A stretch of DNA of 64,000 nt, taken from the NCBI GenBank assembly GCA_964491875.1, contig CAZBIC010000004.1:132878-196877 (forward strand), given 5' to 3'. This document shows, one piece after another, positions 19,919 through 29,373 of this stretch. Both the position numbers and the translations under genes were made by a program. The stretch's first letter is position 1. Every line of letters starts with the position of its first letter. Under the pieces are notes generated by a model. That model had not been told where the DNA came from. It searched no databases and worked only from the letters and a program-made list of their open reading frames with translations. The stretch comes from an uncultured Bifidobacterium sp. GTDB lineage: Bacteria; Verrucomicrobiota; Verrucomicrobiia; Limisphaerales; JADJPG01.

Positions 19919-20134
19919 GTGAATTGTCCAATTTGTAACAACAAGATGCCGTTTGGACTCCAAATCCACATGACGGCGGCACATGGCTCCGAGAGCGTCA
20001 AAAAGCAGCTCCGCTTCGCACAGGAAGGGAATGGAATCTCGCCAAAGAGCAGGAAAGGCGGACATGCCAAACGGAGACAGGGAAAGCCATTCGGCAAGAA
20101 GCCACCAAAGCCCCCTCGCCCCAATCGCTATTGA
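19919..20134 (+). CDS. Small basic protein with C2H2-like motif (hypothetical)
   Basis: CPICNNKMPFGLQIHMTAAH followed by a Lys/Arg/Pro-rich tail. GTG start and no other support. Confidence 0.25.
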   Translation: MNCPICNNKMPFGLQIHMTAAHGSESVKKQLRFAQEGNGISPKSRKGGHAKRRQGKPFGKKPPKPPRPNRY

Positions 20135-20260
20135 CCGGAAACAGGCTTCTCGACCATGCAAGAAGCTGGGGGGGCTTAACGGGGGGGAGAGATCGAACAG
20201 AGCCTGAAGGATGACCAAGACATGCCGAGCTAACAGCTCAGTTGTTCGTACGAACTCCGC

Positions 20261-21136
20261 TCACAAAGTCTCCGTCGCGCCAATCGATTCAAACTCCGCG
20301 AGGATGTCGGCATGGTTGGCGTTCAGGAAGCGGACGACCTTGGCGTTGTTCAGCAGTCTTTTGATGTAGCCGCTCGCAAACGTCAGGTTCAGCGTGTTTT
20401 CGCCGTAACACTTGTCCACTGTCTTCAAGTCCTGCTCCAGGGTTTCCATCTCCTCCTCCATGCGTGCGATGTCCTCTGCTGACAGTCCTTCTTTTTTCTT
20501 TGGTTCCTCCGGGCGCATCAGTTGGTCCTTGCGCGTCCCCATGAGGAGCGCCTCCGCGTAGATGTGGGAGTAATTGTTGCCGCTCACCATCAGCTCGGCC
20601 ATTTCGATCTGGCGCATGCCGGTAACCTTCTTCAACAGCCGGATGGTTTTTGGAGAAATGCCCTTGTCCTTGAGCAGATCCGCCGCCTCCTCGTGGATGC
20701 CGTCCAGGAGCGACATCGATGCCCGCACGATGCGGACGGGGATGTTGAGTGCCGCCGCGATTCGTTCTGGCCGGACACCGTTCTGCACCGCCTTCACGAT
20801 CATTTTGTGTTCCTGGACGGGGTTCAGCCGGTTGACCCGCGCGTTGTAGGTGAATGCCTCGTCATCCGTGGAAACGATGCAGTCGGCTTCGACTTCGCCG
20901 AGTTCTTTCAAGGCAAAATACCGGAAATGGCCGTCTAGCAGCAGATACTTTCCTGTCCCGTCCTTGTGTGGGTGGACCACGAGCGGCTCGATCAGCCCGG
21001 CTTCCTTGATGGTTGTCAGGATGGTCTTGTACCGCACACCGCAGTTCTGCAGGTCTTTGACCTGTCGCACCGGCAGGATGGCGTCGAGCGGAAGCCGCAG
21101 CTTCCGCATCTCAAATCCAAGTTTGGGCTCACTCAT
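20261..21136 (-). CDS. ParB/RepB-family protein (ParB N-terminal domain plus RepB-C-like region)
   Basis: LPLDAILPVRQV...EAGLIEPLVVHP...YLLLDGHFRYFALKELG is a ParB-box-like motif. A 4-nt overlap links it to the upstream gene. Confidence 0.8.
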   Translation of the reverse strand: MSEPKLGFEMRKLRLPLDAILPVRQVKDLQNCGVRYKTILTTIKEAGLIEPLVVHPHKDGTGKYLLLDGHFRYFALKELGEVEADCIVSTDDEAFTYNARVNRLNPVQEHKMIVKAVQNGVRPERIAAALNIPVRIVRASMSLLDGIHEEAADLLKDKGISPKTIRLLKKVTGMRQIEMAELMVSGNNYSHIYAEALLMGTRKDQLMRPEEPKKKEGLSAEDIARMEEEMETLEQDLKTVDKCYGENTLNLTFASGYIKRLLNNAKVVRFLNANHADILAEFESIGATETL

Positions 21137-22025
21137 TCTGCCTCCTTCGGTTTACTGCCTGATTTTTCCCATAGACGTCTCGGCATTGTGACCAGTGATT
21201 CAGCGCGAAGCAGGGTCATGAAATTTTCGTCACTCAACAGCCTGCTGAACGCAGTGACGATGAAGACCAGCTTTGCCTCGCAAAATTTCGCCTTCCGAAT
21301 CAGCAGCTTCTGCCGCTGGCGTTCACGTTTGTAGGTGTTCACCAGATTCTCGGCCCCGGTGCGGCTCTTGCGCGGGTTGCGTGCGACTTCGCCGCGCCGC
21401 TTGCCAAAGAAGCGCCGTCGTTCGATGAGTCGTTTCACGGTGCGGATGGACACTTGATTCAGTTGATTCGCCTCGTACGCCTTGAGCAGTTCCCGCTGTG
21501 CTTGCATGTCTTCCGTCCTGGCAATGTCCATCGCTACGCCCAGTGGAATCTGTCCGGTCACGGCTGCTTCGAGCAGACGCTCCTCGCCGGCGTTCTTCAA
21601 GGCGAGCAGGCCGCTGACCATAGTGTCGTAGATGTCACCAGCTTCCGGGCGATGTCGCCATTGCTGTGACCCCGCTCCTTGAGACGTTCGATTTCCCGCA
21701 TCAGTTCCAGCGGCGCGGTAGGGCGGCGGGCCATGTTCTCAATCAGGCTGCGCAGCAATCGTTCCTCCTTCGAAACCTCGACGACCATCGCTGGAATCTC
21801 CTTGTGGCCGAGCACGAGGAACGCCTCGATGCGGCCCTGGCCGCAAACCAAATCATAGCCCGGCCCCTCCGCCTCATCCGCCGAACGTAGGCTCACCTGA
21901 ATTGGCTTCTTCAGGCCGAGGTTTCGGATGCTCTGGACAATGGTTTCAAATTTTTTCCGGTCGCGGAGTCGAGGGTTCAGGATACGAATCCGGTCGATGG
22001 GAATCATTTGTATTTCGTCGTTCAC
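21133..22025 (-). pseudogene. ParB N-terminal-domain protein, split by a 1-nt frameshift near 21638-21640
   Basis: ORF 21597..22025 (IPIDRIRILNPR...PIQVS...YDLVCGQGRIEAF) ends ...GDIARKLVTSTT*. The other frame reads EAGDIYDTMVSGLLALKNAGEERLL and continues as ORF 21133..21621. Restoring one G (ctggtgac to ctgggtgac) fuses the two. Confidence 0.75.
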
Positions 22026-23570
22026 GCCGCCTCCTGAAGGTTGATGCGCTCCGCCATGTCAAAGAAACGGTCCAGAGTCTCGAATCGGTAGGTGTCCAGA
22101 TAAATGCTGTTTTCTTCCGCGACGCGGAGATTTTCCCACGTCATGTCGAGGGCAGGAAGCAGGTAGTAGTCGCGAACGCCCTCATTGGCCGCATCCATGC
22201 GAACCGCGATGGTGATGTCCGGCTTGAGGCCCGCATCCAACCGGATGACCCATCGCGACACCCCGGTGTTCGTCGTGGTGTGACGACACAGCACGATGGA
22301 GATTCGCAGTTCGTCGTTGAGATGGAGCAACTGGGTTTCGTCATCCCATCGTACGACCGCTCCCAACTTCTCAATCCGGCCAATGACCGCCGCCACGATT
22401 GCCGAGTGTTCATTGCGCAACCGGCGATTGATTTCGATGAACTTGTAATCAATTTCCGGGTCGTAGCCGATCAACCGATAGGCCGACACCAGGCTTCCAA
22501 ACCGGTGCCGGAAGGCTGCGCTGGATGGCAGGTTCTCCGCTTCATCAATGAGGATACCGCTGATGCGACCGTGCTGAATCAGCAGGCCACGGAGTTTTTC
22601 GATCATCTCTTCGTCGGTGAACTTTTGATTGCGGGCCAGAATAAGTTTCCGCGCCCGCTGAAATATATCGGGTTCGATAATACCTGCGAAAACGCCCTCC
22701 GCTCGAATCCACTTGTCCGGTGGATTGGTCACATGCTTGCGCTTCAGCTTGAAAGACGTGCGGTGATAGACATTGTTTCCGATGTATTTTTCATTGGTAA
22801 GCACCTGATGGATGGTGGCCCGCGTCCAAACCCGTTCAAGATCCGTGACGATTCCTTGTTCGTTTAGCACAGCCGCGATTTCCGACTCCATCTTCCCATC
22901 GTCGAGAAACGCCTTATAGATCCCCCCGCACGATCTTTACTTCTTCCTCCGGCCCCGGAACCAGCACCACTCGATCTGTCTGGAGGCACTTGTGCTCTCC
23001 CCGCTTGAGCAGGGCTTTGTGCTGTCCACTCTGATCGATCAACATCCGCCGCAGACCAAACCCGGCTGAGCCGCCCTGTTTGTAGCCGAGTTGAATCAGG
23101 CGGCACGCGCCCTTGAACACTTTCGACGAAAGCTCCCGGCTGTACTCGCCTGCCATCGCGCGCTTGACGCTCTTGACGATGGTGGATACCGGGCTGCCGT
23201 CGTTCTCGAACTGTTCCGCACAGTAATGGACTGCGACTCCGGCCTGGCGGCAGATGTACTCATGGTACGCGCTTTCGTCGGCATCCTGGAATCGTCCCCA
23301 CCGGCTCACGTCGTAAACAAGAATGCAGGAAAACTTCGCCTCACCGCTTTGCACGTCGCGAATCATCTGTGTCAGCGAGTCGCGCCCCTGGATGTTCAAG
23401 CCGCTTTTCCCCTCGTCTGAATACGTCCGCACAATCTCCAGGCCGCGACGCTTGGCGTCTTCCCGGATGACATCCATCTGGTTGCTCGTCGAGTACTGTT
23501 GATGCTCCGTGGACATCCGAACGTATGCCGCAGCCAGATTAGGTTTGAGATCCGCGCCGTCCGTGCTCAT
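22022..23570 (-). pseudogene. Large serine recombinase, split by a 1-nt insertion in a G6 tract (C6 at 22922-22927 on +)
   Basis: The N-terminal resolvase domain is AAAYVRMSTEHQ..S..NQ (catalytic Ser region) in ORF 22914..23570, ending EEVKIVRGDL*. The adjacent frame reads GIYKAFLDDGKMESEIAAVLNEQGI... (ORF 22022..22891, recombinase domain). Removing one G restores IVRGIYKAFLDDGK. Confidence 0.85.
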
Positions 23571-23576
23571 GTGCTT

Positions 23577-24092
23577 TCAAGTCCGGGTGATTGGTTTGCC
23601 TGCGGATGCAACCGCTTCTGCCGAAGATTTTCGGCGGAGAATCTCATGTCCCTTGGTTACCAGATGACGGCATGTCGCGGCGATGTCCTCTTGCAGCGTA
23701 CTGCCCGTCAATATGGAGACCAGCCCAAGTACCAAAGGGTCTTGAGGCAGACAGTCATCTTGTAGCGGTGAAAGCGCCGATCTTGGTTTGGAGCCTTTCG
23801 GCTGAATTGTTTCGACGAGACAGTCCTCTTGTAGCGCAATCCTCCACGGCGACGGTGATCGTTTCCAGTACTGAGGGTGGGCTTTGCGCCAGATACGCAC
23901 CCGTTCGACCTGCGCCGGCCCGCGCCAGTGATCTTTGTTCTCCGGCTTTTCTCGACACCGTCGCTGACTTGCCGCCTTGCTGGCCTTGCGGCACCTGGGT
24001 TGAGAACAAAACTCCTGGCGATCTCGGTTCCGGGCGTCGGGAACAAACACTCGCTGGCAACACGAACATCGGCGACGCGCTTTGGGTTTCAT
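23577..24092 (-). CDS. Hypothetical protein with N-terminal CxxC...C...C zinc-ribbon-like motif
   Basis: RRCSCCQRVFVPDARNRDRQEFCSQPRCRK. Internal LQEDC/LQDDC/LQEDI repeats. First gene of the recombinase cassette. Confidence 0.55.
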   Translation of the reverse strand: MKPKARRRCSCCQRVFVPDARNRDRQEFCSQPRCRKASKAASQRRCREKPENKDHWRGPAQVERVRIWRKAHPQYWKRSPSPWRIALQEDCLVETIQPKGSKPRSALSPLQDDCLPQDPLVLGLVSILTGSTLQEDIAATCRHLVTKGHEILRRKSSAEAVASAGKPITRT

Positions 24093-24295
24093 ACAAACCC
24101 TGACGCTGGCTTCAGCGCTCCATGACCAGTCTGAATGTTCTGCTGATTATGCCGGTCCAGCTTTTTGTTTGCCTTCGAACTCTCATCGTTGCGCATCACC
24201 CCTGTGCGTTTGGCTGGCCGCCTCCGCGATTCGCCAATCGCACCAACACGAATCCTTGACAGTTGACGGTGTGGGATTCCAATCCATCTCTTCCT

Positions 24296-24550
24296 ATGAT
24301 GAAATTACTCATTACAGACATACACGAAATCGTCCAGAAACCCGTGGAGCCTTCCTCGGTGGCGGTGCCAGCCTCGGCACTCACCGACACATGGCCTGCA
24401 GGCTGTTGGTCCAAAGAGCAACAAGAGATTATAGAACGATACGGGTACACGGCGCGCGTTCAAATCCGTGGTGGTAAGACTGAAAGTGGTGAGATGGTCT
24501 TGCTGGTTGGTAACTTCAGAGAGCCTTCGATGTCGCCAAACGAGACCTGA
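24296..24550 (+). CDS. Hypothetical 84-aa protein, the only plus-strand ORF in the island
   Basis: ORF 24263..24550 with tandem ATGs at 24296 and 24299. Sits in a lower-G+C gap. No recognisable motif. Confidence 0.25.
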   Translation: MMKLLITDIHEIVQKPVEPSSVAVPASALTDTWPAGCWSKEQQEIIERYGYTARVQIRGGKTESGEMVLLVGNFREPSMSPNET

Positions 24551-24602
24551 TGGCTAAAAAAGAGCCGAGCTTGAGGCGCGACTCCTTGTGGAACCGTCGC
24601 GG

Positions 24603-26216
24603 CTACTGCACCGCCAGCTTCCTGAGTTTCGAGTCAGGAACCGGAGTGGTGGCGGGACGGGCGCGGCCTTTGGCCCATTGGCGCAGGCCGGTGATTTGTT
24701 CAGCCATGAGTTTCGACAGTGGCATGAACGTAGTGAGAACTTGGGCAATGTCGAGGTCGGTTGGTTCGGTGTTGCGTTCAAACGCGGAGTACATCGCCTC
24801 CACGAAGGCGGTCTCGATTTCGGCTCCGGTGAAGCCATCGGTGGCCTTGGCGAGCGCGGCGATGTCATAGTCGCGCGGGTTACGGTCGTGGCGGGTGATC
24901 TGGAGTGTCCAGATGGTCTGGCGTTCTTCAGTGGTCGGGAGATCGACGAAGAACAGTTCATCGAAACGGCCCTTGCGCAACAACTCCGGTGGCAACTGGG
25001 CAACGTCGTTCGCGGTCGCAACGACAAAGACCGGCGACTGCTTTTCCTGCATCCAGTTCAGGAAGGTGCCGAACACGCGGGCACTGGTGCCACCGTCGCT
25101 TGACCCGGAGCTTTTAGCGCCACTGAACCCTTTCTCAATCTCGTCGATCCACAGGACAGCCGGGGCGATGGCTTCGGCGGTTTGCAGGACGGCCCGAAGG
25201 TTTCCCTCGGATTGACCCACCAGACTTCCGAACAGCCGCCCGGCATCCAGCCGAAGCAACGGAACGCCGAATACTCTGGCGGTGGCTTTCGCCGTGAGGG
25301 ATTTGCCAGTGCCGGGAAGCCCGAGGATGAGCAGTCCCTTGGGCAGCGGCAGTCCGTATTGCCGGGCGCGTTCGCCAAAGGCATCCTTCCTTGTCAGCAA
25401 CCAACGCTTGAGTTGATCGAGACCGCCGATGTCGTCGAGTGATTCCGTGGCTTCGATGATTTCGAGCAGACCGCTTTTCTTCACCGCCTGGGCTTTCTCG
25501 CGTGCGACGATGGCGGGTTCGATGGCGCGAGCCTGAACGAAGGACAGCGCGAACGCATTCTCGGCTTCGATGGTGGTGAGACCCGAAGCCGCCTCGATTG
25601 CCTTCTCCTGTTGCCCGGACTCCATTCTCTCAAGCCGAGCCGATTGCAGGATGCCGTGGAGGACGTGTCGCAGTGCGTCCTTGCCCGGCAACGCGAACTC
25701 TACGACAACCAGTTCCCGTTCCAGTTCCGGCGGCAGCACCAGCCGGCACCCAACAATGATGAGCGTCTTTTGCTTCGTCTTGCCCTCCAGCAGCGCGTCC
25801 TTGAGTTTGCGGAGCAACAGCGGGTTGGGGTCTTGAAGGAACAGGTGGTAGTCCTTGAGCAGAAACACCGCCCGGTCCTGGTGCTCGGTGATGGCCTGCA
25901 ACACGTCGAGCGGATCAGCGGCCTGATGGACCCGGTTGGTCTGTGTGTTCACCAGACCATCGGCCACTGACCAGTAGCAGAGTTGGTAACGTTCCTCCTC
26001 CTTGCGACTTCGGTTGAAGCATTCCATGACGGTTTTCAACTCTGCTTCGACGCGCTGTTCTTCCGGCGAAACGATATAGAGGCCGGGATAGCCGGCCTCG
26101 ATGTAGTGGGTGATTTTCGTGCCCGCTTCAGACGGCAAACTTGCGTTGTCCGAGCCTGGGCGGGGTGGGGATTTTTCTTTGGGCATGTTGGGATGGGGTT
26201 GGTTGCGCCGTGCCAT
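24603..26216 (-). CDS. AAA+ ATPase, Ycf46-like
   Basis: N-terminal [15 protein letters not shown] (Ycf46-type motif). Walker A GLPGTGKS, Walker [10 protein letters not shown]. Alternative start at 26186. Confidence 0.88.
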   Translation of the reverse strand: MARRNQPHPNMPKEKSPPRPGSDNASLPSEAGTKITHYIEAGYPGLYIVSPEEQRVEAELKTVMECFNRSRKEEERYQLCYWSVADGLVNTQTNRVHQAADPLDVLQAITEHQDRAVFLLKDYHLFLQDPNPLLLRKLKDALLEGKTKQKTLIIVGCRLVLPPELERELVVVEFALPGKDALRHVLHGILQSARLERMESGQQEKAIEAASGLTTIEAENAFALSFVQARAIEPAIVAREKAQAVKKSGLLEIIEATESLDDIGGLDQLKRWLLTRKDAFGERARQYGLPLPKGLLILGLPGTGKSLTAKATARVFGVPLLRLDAGRLFGSLVGQSEGNLRAVLQTAEAIAPAVLWIDEIEKGFSGAKSSGSSDGGTSARVFGTFLNWMQEKQSPVFVVATANDVAQLPPELLRKGRFDELFFVDLPTTEERQTIWTLQITRHDRNPRDYDIAALAKATDGFTGAEIETAFVEAMYSAFERNTEPTDLDIAQVLTTFMPLSKLMAEQITGLRQWAKGRARPATTPVPDSKLRKLAVQ

Positions 26217-26427
26217 AGTCGTATGAGGCGGTGCAGTGGCGGCCGGCCGTGCCCAAGTCCACCCAGCGGGTGTGCTTGCAGGAACGGCTACCGTTGGCGG
26301 CCACGCGACGAGTCCAGCCCGCGCAGTTGCAGGACGTGGAGCCGTCGGCGTATTGCAACGTCTGGTATTCCACGTCCGGGTTGGAGTCGGAACGAAACGT
26401 CCAGACCCGCTGAATGGGCTTGTTCAT
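26128..26427 (-). CDS. SWIM zinc-finger protein
   Basis: CNCAGWTRRVAANGSRSCKH fits the CxCxnCxH SWIM signature. The 3' end overlaps the ATPase start. Confidence 0.65.
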   Translation of the reverse strand: MNKPIQRVWTFRSDSNPDVEYQTLQYADGSTSCNCAGWTRRVAANGSRSCKHTRWVDLGTAGRHCTASYDYGTAQPTPSQHAQRKIPTPPRLGQRKFAV

Positions 26428-26439
26428 GGCGTCATGGAA

Positions 26440-26667
26440 TTAGCGGTTGAAGTATTGGTGTTCCCACGCCAGGCAGGCCGTGCGGAGCGAATGCTGATAC
26501 ATCAGTTCGCCCTGCGCGTCCCTGACCTCCCATTGCTGGGTGGAGTGGTTGTGTTCGATGGCGGAGGCTCGGGTGATTTCGAGCGGGCCGAGGGCGGCAA
26601 GGTCCAATGCCTCTGTGTAGAGACAATGGACCTGACCATGAGGGTCGAAGGTGAGGACATGGTGCAT
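26440..26667 (-). CDS. Hypothetical 75-aa protein
   Basis: ATG at 26667 with GGAGG 11 nt upstream. Tightly packed in the operon. Confidence 0.5.
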   Translation of the reverse strand: MHHVLTFDPHGQVHCLYTEALDLAALGPLEITRASAIEHNHSTQQWEVRDAQGELMYQHSLRTACLAWEHQYFNR

Positions 26668-26674
26668 GAGTTGT

Positions 26675-26869
26675 TCAACCTCCAACCTGTTGCTGACGTT
26701 GAGTGATGCGACGCTGCTGGAACTCTGGCTTGCGCTGGCGGACCTGAACGGCGCCCAACGCTTCTTCGAGGAAGCGGGTGGCTTGTTCACAGTCCGGGCC
26801 TTTGAACCCGATGGCGTCGATTTGGATCTCGCCCGAGGGAGAGATGAGGATTTCGAGAGTGCGTTTCAT
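26675..26869 (-). CDS. DUF2997-like small protein
   Basis: MKRTLEILISPSGEIQIDAIGFKGPDCEQATRFLEEALG matches the remembered DUF2997 pattern. Confidence 0.7.
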   Translation of the reverse strand: MKRTLEILISPSGEIQIDAIGFKGPDCEQATRFLEEALGAVQVRQRKPEFQQRRITQRQQQVGG

Positions 26870-26871
26870 GA

Positions 26872-27249
26872 TTAAACTCCGGCGAGGATGAGTTTGATGG
26901 AACCGTTGCGTTGAGGCTGGCGCAGCACCGACAGTCCCTTGCGGCGGGCTTCCTTGCTGGCCTTGTGGATGCCGTAGAGTTGAAGCAGCCGGCCATACTC
27001 CTTGCCGACTTCCTGTTCGACATGGCCGTTCCACCAGTCGGTGGTGAGACCGAAGGTGCCGTCCGGCTGTTGGTTCACGGCGATGTCGAACGGGCCTTTC
27101 AGGCGCACAACATAATCGCCATGCCTTTGAGTGGTGCCGTAACCGCGAGCGTCAGCGTTTTGGAGGAGCGCGAGATCCAGCTCCGCACTGGCGGCCCGCA
27201 AGGATTCAATGTCTTTGATTTGCGTGTTGATGGTGGTGAAGTGTGACAT
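26872..27249 (-). CDS. DUF1257 (Ycf35-like) protein
   Basis: MSHFTTINTQIKDIESLRAA... is a typical DUF1257 N-terminus. The stop lies 2 nt before the DUF2997 start. Confidence 0.75.
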   Translation of the reverse strand: MSHFTTINTQIKDIESLRAASAELDLALLQNADARGYGTTQRHGDYVVRLKGPFDIAVNQQPDGTFGLTTDWWNGHVEQEVGKEYGRLLQLYGIHKASKEARRKGLSVLRQPQRNGSIKLILAGV

Positions 27250-27323
27250 GATGTTAGGGTTCATGGTTGAGGGTTGGAGGTGATGATCGGGCGAAGCGGC
27301 GGAGCAGGCCATCGCCCGGTGAT

Positions 27324-27512
27324 TTACCGGCTGGACTCGATCTCGATTTCATCCAGGTGAACGATGAGTTGAGCGCCGAGGCCGTATGGTTCCCGCTGCA
27401 AGACGAGGTTGATGAGGTCCACGGCTTCACGAACCTGCTGCTCGTTGTTACCGTGGGTGGTTTGGCTGGCGTCGAACCGCAGGGACAGCCGATGGACGGT
27501 GATGATTTTCAT
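27324..27512 (-). CDS. Hypothetical 62-aa protein
   Basis: 4-nt start/stop overlap with the upstream gene. Confidence 0.45.
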   Translation of the reverse strand: MKIITVHRLSLRFDASQTTHGNNEQQVREAVDLINLVLQREPYGLGAQLIVHLDEIEIESSR

Positions 27513-27832
27513 GGCGACTTGAGTGACCGGCGAGTTTTGGTTTCGCGTCGTCTGCGGGCTGGTCGCGACGCAGGTGGACGCTGAACCGGCGGCTCACCGA
27601 TGAGTTCGGTCAGCGTCATTTCCAGTGAAGGCAGAGAGGCGCGGCCCTGAACAAAGACGCGCTCATTGGTGGAACCGTTTTCCCAGCACGGGCTGGCGTC
27701 CACGTTCTTGAATTTCCCCTCGCGCAGAGCCTTCCTGATGATCCGCAGCGCGGCCTTCTCATTCCTGGCCGTCACGACGAAGTCGGCGAAGCAGGCGATG
27801 TCGTGGGCGTAGGAACAGGTGTATTTTGGCAT
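27509..27832 (-). CDS. Hypothetical 107-aa protein with basic C-terminal tail
   Basis: MPKYTCSYAHDIACFADFVVTARNEKAALRIIRKAL... with ATG at 27832. Confidence 0.5.
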   Translation of the reverse strand: MPKYTCSYAHDIACFADFVVTARNEKAALRIIRKALREGKFKNVDASPCWENGSTNERVFVQGRASLPSLEMTLTELIGEPPVQRPPASRPARRRRETKTRRSLKSP

Positions 27833-27858
27833 GGTGATTTCGGGTTGGGAGCGGGGGC

Positions 27859-28281
27859 TCAGGTCGTGTGTTGGTTCAACCACTCGCTGGTGCTCATGGC
27901 TTTGATCTCAGTGGCGGTGACGATGGCCGCGCCTCCTCCGTAGGCATCCGTGCGCGGCTTGGAACAGTCGTGCGACCACTCGAACGTCACCCGTCCCTGC
28001 GGATCAAACCGCTGGAGCAGGTGCTGGATGAAGAGGCAGACGGCATCAATGCCACCGTTGCTGGAGTGCAGCCACAGCGCCGGTTTGTCCCCAGCGGTGT
28101 CGGGCTCGATGTCGAAGCGCCAGTCCTCGATGAGGTCGGCGAGTTCCTTGGGGAAGTCGGCGGGCGGTTCATCGCCTTGCTGGATGCGGCTGGTTTGCGT
28201 GGCTAGTTCGAGCGCGTAACTCTGGGCTTCTGCACTGGGCAGGGTGAGGATGAGACTGAAGTGAGTAAAATAATCGGCCAT
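27859..28281 (-). CDS. Hypothetical 140-aa acidic protein
   Basis: Clean ORF within the operon. No motif recognised. Confidence 0.6.
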   Translation of the reverse strand: MADYFTHFSLILTLPSAEAQSYALELATQTSRIQQGDEPPADFPKELADLIEDWRFDIEPDTAGDKPALWLHSSNGGIDAVCLFIQHLLQRFDPQGRVTFEWSHDCSKPRTDAYGGGAAIVTATEIKAMSTSEWLNQHTT

Positions 28282-28352
28282 GATGGGTTCTTTCTGATGG
28301 TTAAAAAGGGAGCTACGCCGGGCCTGGCGGCCCGACGCAGCCGTGATGCGGT

Positions 28353-29369
28353 CTAGGCGGCCGCCAGGTTGAATCTGCGCCGGCCGAGTTCACCGAAGCG
28401 GTTGACCAGTTCGGTGGTGTCTTGTTGAGCCAGACGACGGGCTTCCTGCGAGAGCCGGGACAAGCCCTGTGTGAGCTGCGTTCGGGCCGTCGCGCTGTCG
28501 CGGTATTGTTCGGCGGTGCGACCGAGCAATTCCCGGCGGACTTGTTCCAGCCGCTGTTCCATCTCGGTGTCGTTGGCGAAGTTCAACTGCTTGAACTCGT
28601 CGATGAACCGGACCAGCCGGTTGAGCGTGCGCTGATGCACGCCGGTCTCACCGGTCTGGATGCTGTGCAGCATGTCGTCGCACAGTTGGGCGGTCTGTTC
28701 GCGCAACGCCGCCACGCAATCCGACACGAACGTCTCCACGTCCGCCCGGATCTTTGCACCGGCCGAAGCCGCTGCTGTCTGCCGGGCCGTGATGAGCTGC
28801 TGTTGGTCCGTCGCGTTCACAAGGTCCACCCCGAGACGTTCCGGGACGGCGATTTGAAACAACTGCTGGTCGAACCCGAAGGATCGTTCCAACCGTTGGA
28901 CCGGCGGGAACGATGCTTCGATGGTGGCGACGAGCCGTGCCGGATCGTTCACCAGCTTGCGGGCCATCGTAAGCCATTCCCTGGCGGCACTGTCCCGCAG
29001 ACCGCCATAGCGTTCGATGAACCGTTGCTTGGCCTGCCAGAACTCGGCTTCGAGTTCCCGGAGTTTCGCTGTCACTTCCGCCAGCCGGGCGTTGGGAAGG
29101 AAGTGTGCCAGCCCGTTGAGGAACGGGAAGGTGTTGGCCTCCACGAACGCATGGGCACGGCTTTCGACCAGCGTGAGGGCGGCCGTCGCCTCCTTGGGCA
29201 ACAGCCGTTTGTGCCCGAGCGAAATCAACCGCTCGGACAACGCCGAAGCGTCCAGCCCGATGTCTTCGGGCCGGAGCTTCTTTTGTCCACGCCAGTAGCG
29301 CACCGACACGCTCAGGAGCACGCCCTCGCGGGTGAGCACTTCGAGCAGATGAGGATGTGGAGTGGTCAT
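28353..29369 (-). CDS. DUF3150-like protein
   Basis: VSVRYWRGQKKLRPEDIGL...LISLGHKRLLPKEA...FPFLNGLAHFLP...ELEAEFWQAKQRFIERY matches the remembered DUF3150 pattern. ATG at 29369. Confidence 0.7.
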   Translation of the reverse strand: MTTPHPHLLEVLTREGVLLSVSVRYWRGQKKLRPEDIGLDASALSERLISLGHKRLLPKEATAALTLVESRAHAFVEANTFPFLNGLAHFLPNARLAEVTAKLRELEAEFWQAKQRFIERYGGLRDSAAREWLTMARKLVNDPARLVATIEASFPPVQRLERSFGFDQQLFQIAVPERLGVDLVNATDQQQLITARQTAAASAGAKIRADVETFVSDCVAALREQTAQLCDDMLHSIQTGETGVHQRTLNRLVRFIDEFKQLNFANDTEMEQRLEQVRRELLGRTAEQYRDSATARTQLTQGLSRLSQEARRLAQQDTTELVNRFGELGRRRFNLAAA

Positions 29370-29373
29370 GGCA

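Noticed and set aside
20168-20187. Twin G7 tracts as a G-quadruplex
   Set aside because: Only two G-runs are present, while a canonical intramolecular G4 needs four. They are kept only as a homopolymer observation.
18927-20260. Search for the missing tRNA-Leu 3' half or a direct repeat of the 43.67 kb junction at the left flank
   Set aside because: Reading by eye found no TGCCGATG...GGATTCGAACC-type sequence or a copy of the junction. The left border is therefore left approximate.
24255-24290. TTGACA / TTGACG hexamers as a promoter for the 84-aa ORF
   Set aside because: There is no acceptable -10 hexamer at 16-18 nt spacing.
26128-26216. The 89-nt overlap between the SWIM ORF and the AAA ATPase ORF as evidence of a frameshifted fusion
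   Set aside because: The overlapping SWIM tail is low-complexity, and the ATPase has an alternative ATG at 26186. Ordinary overlap or start-site ambiguity explains it.
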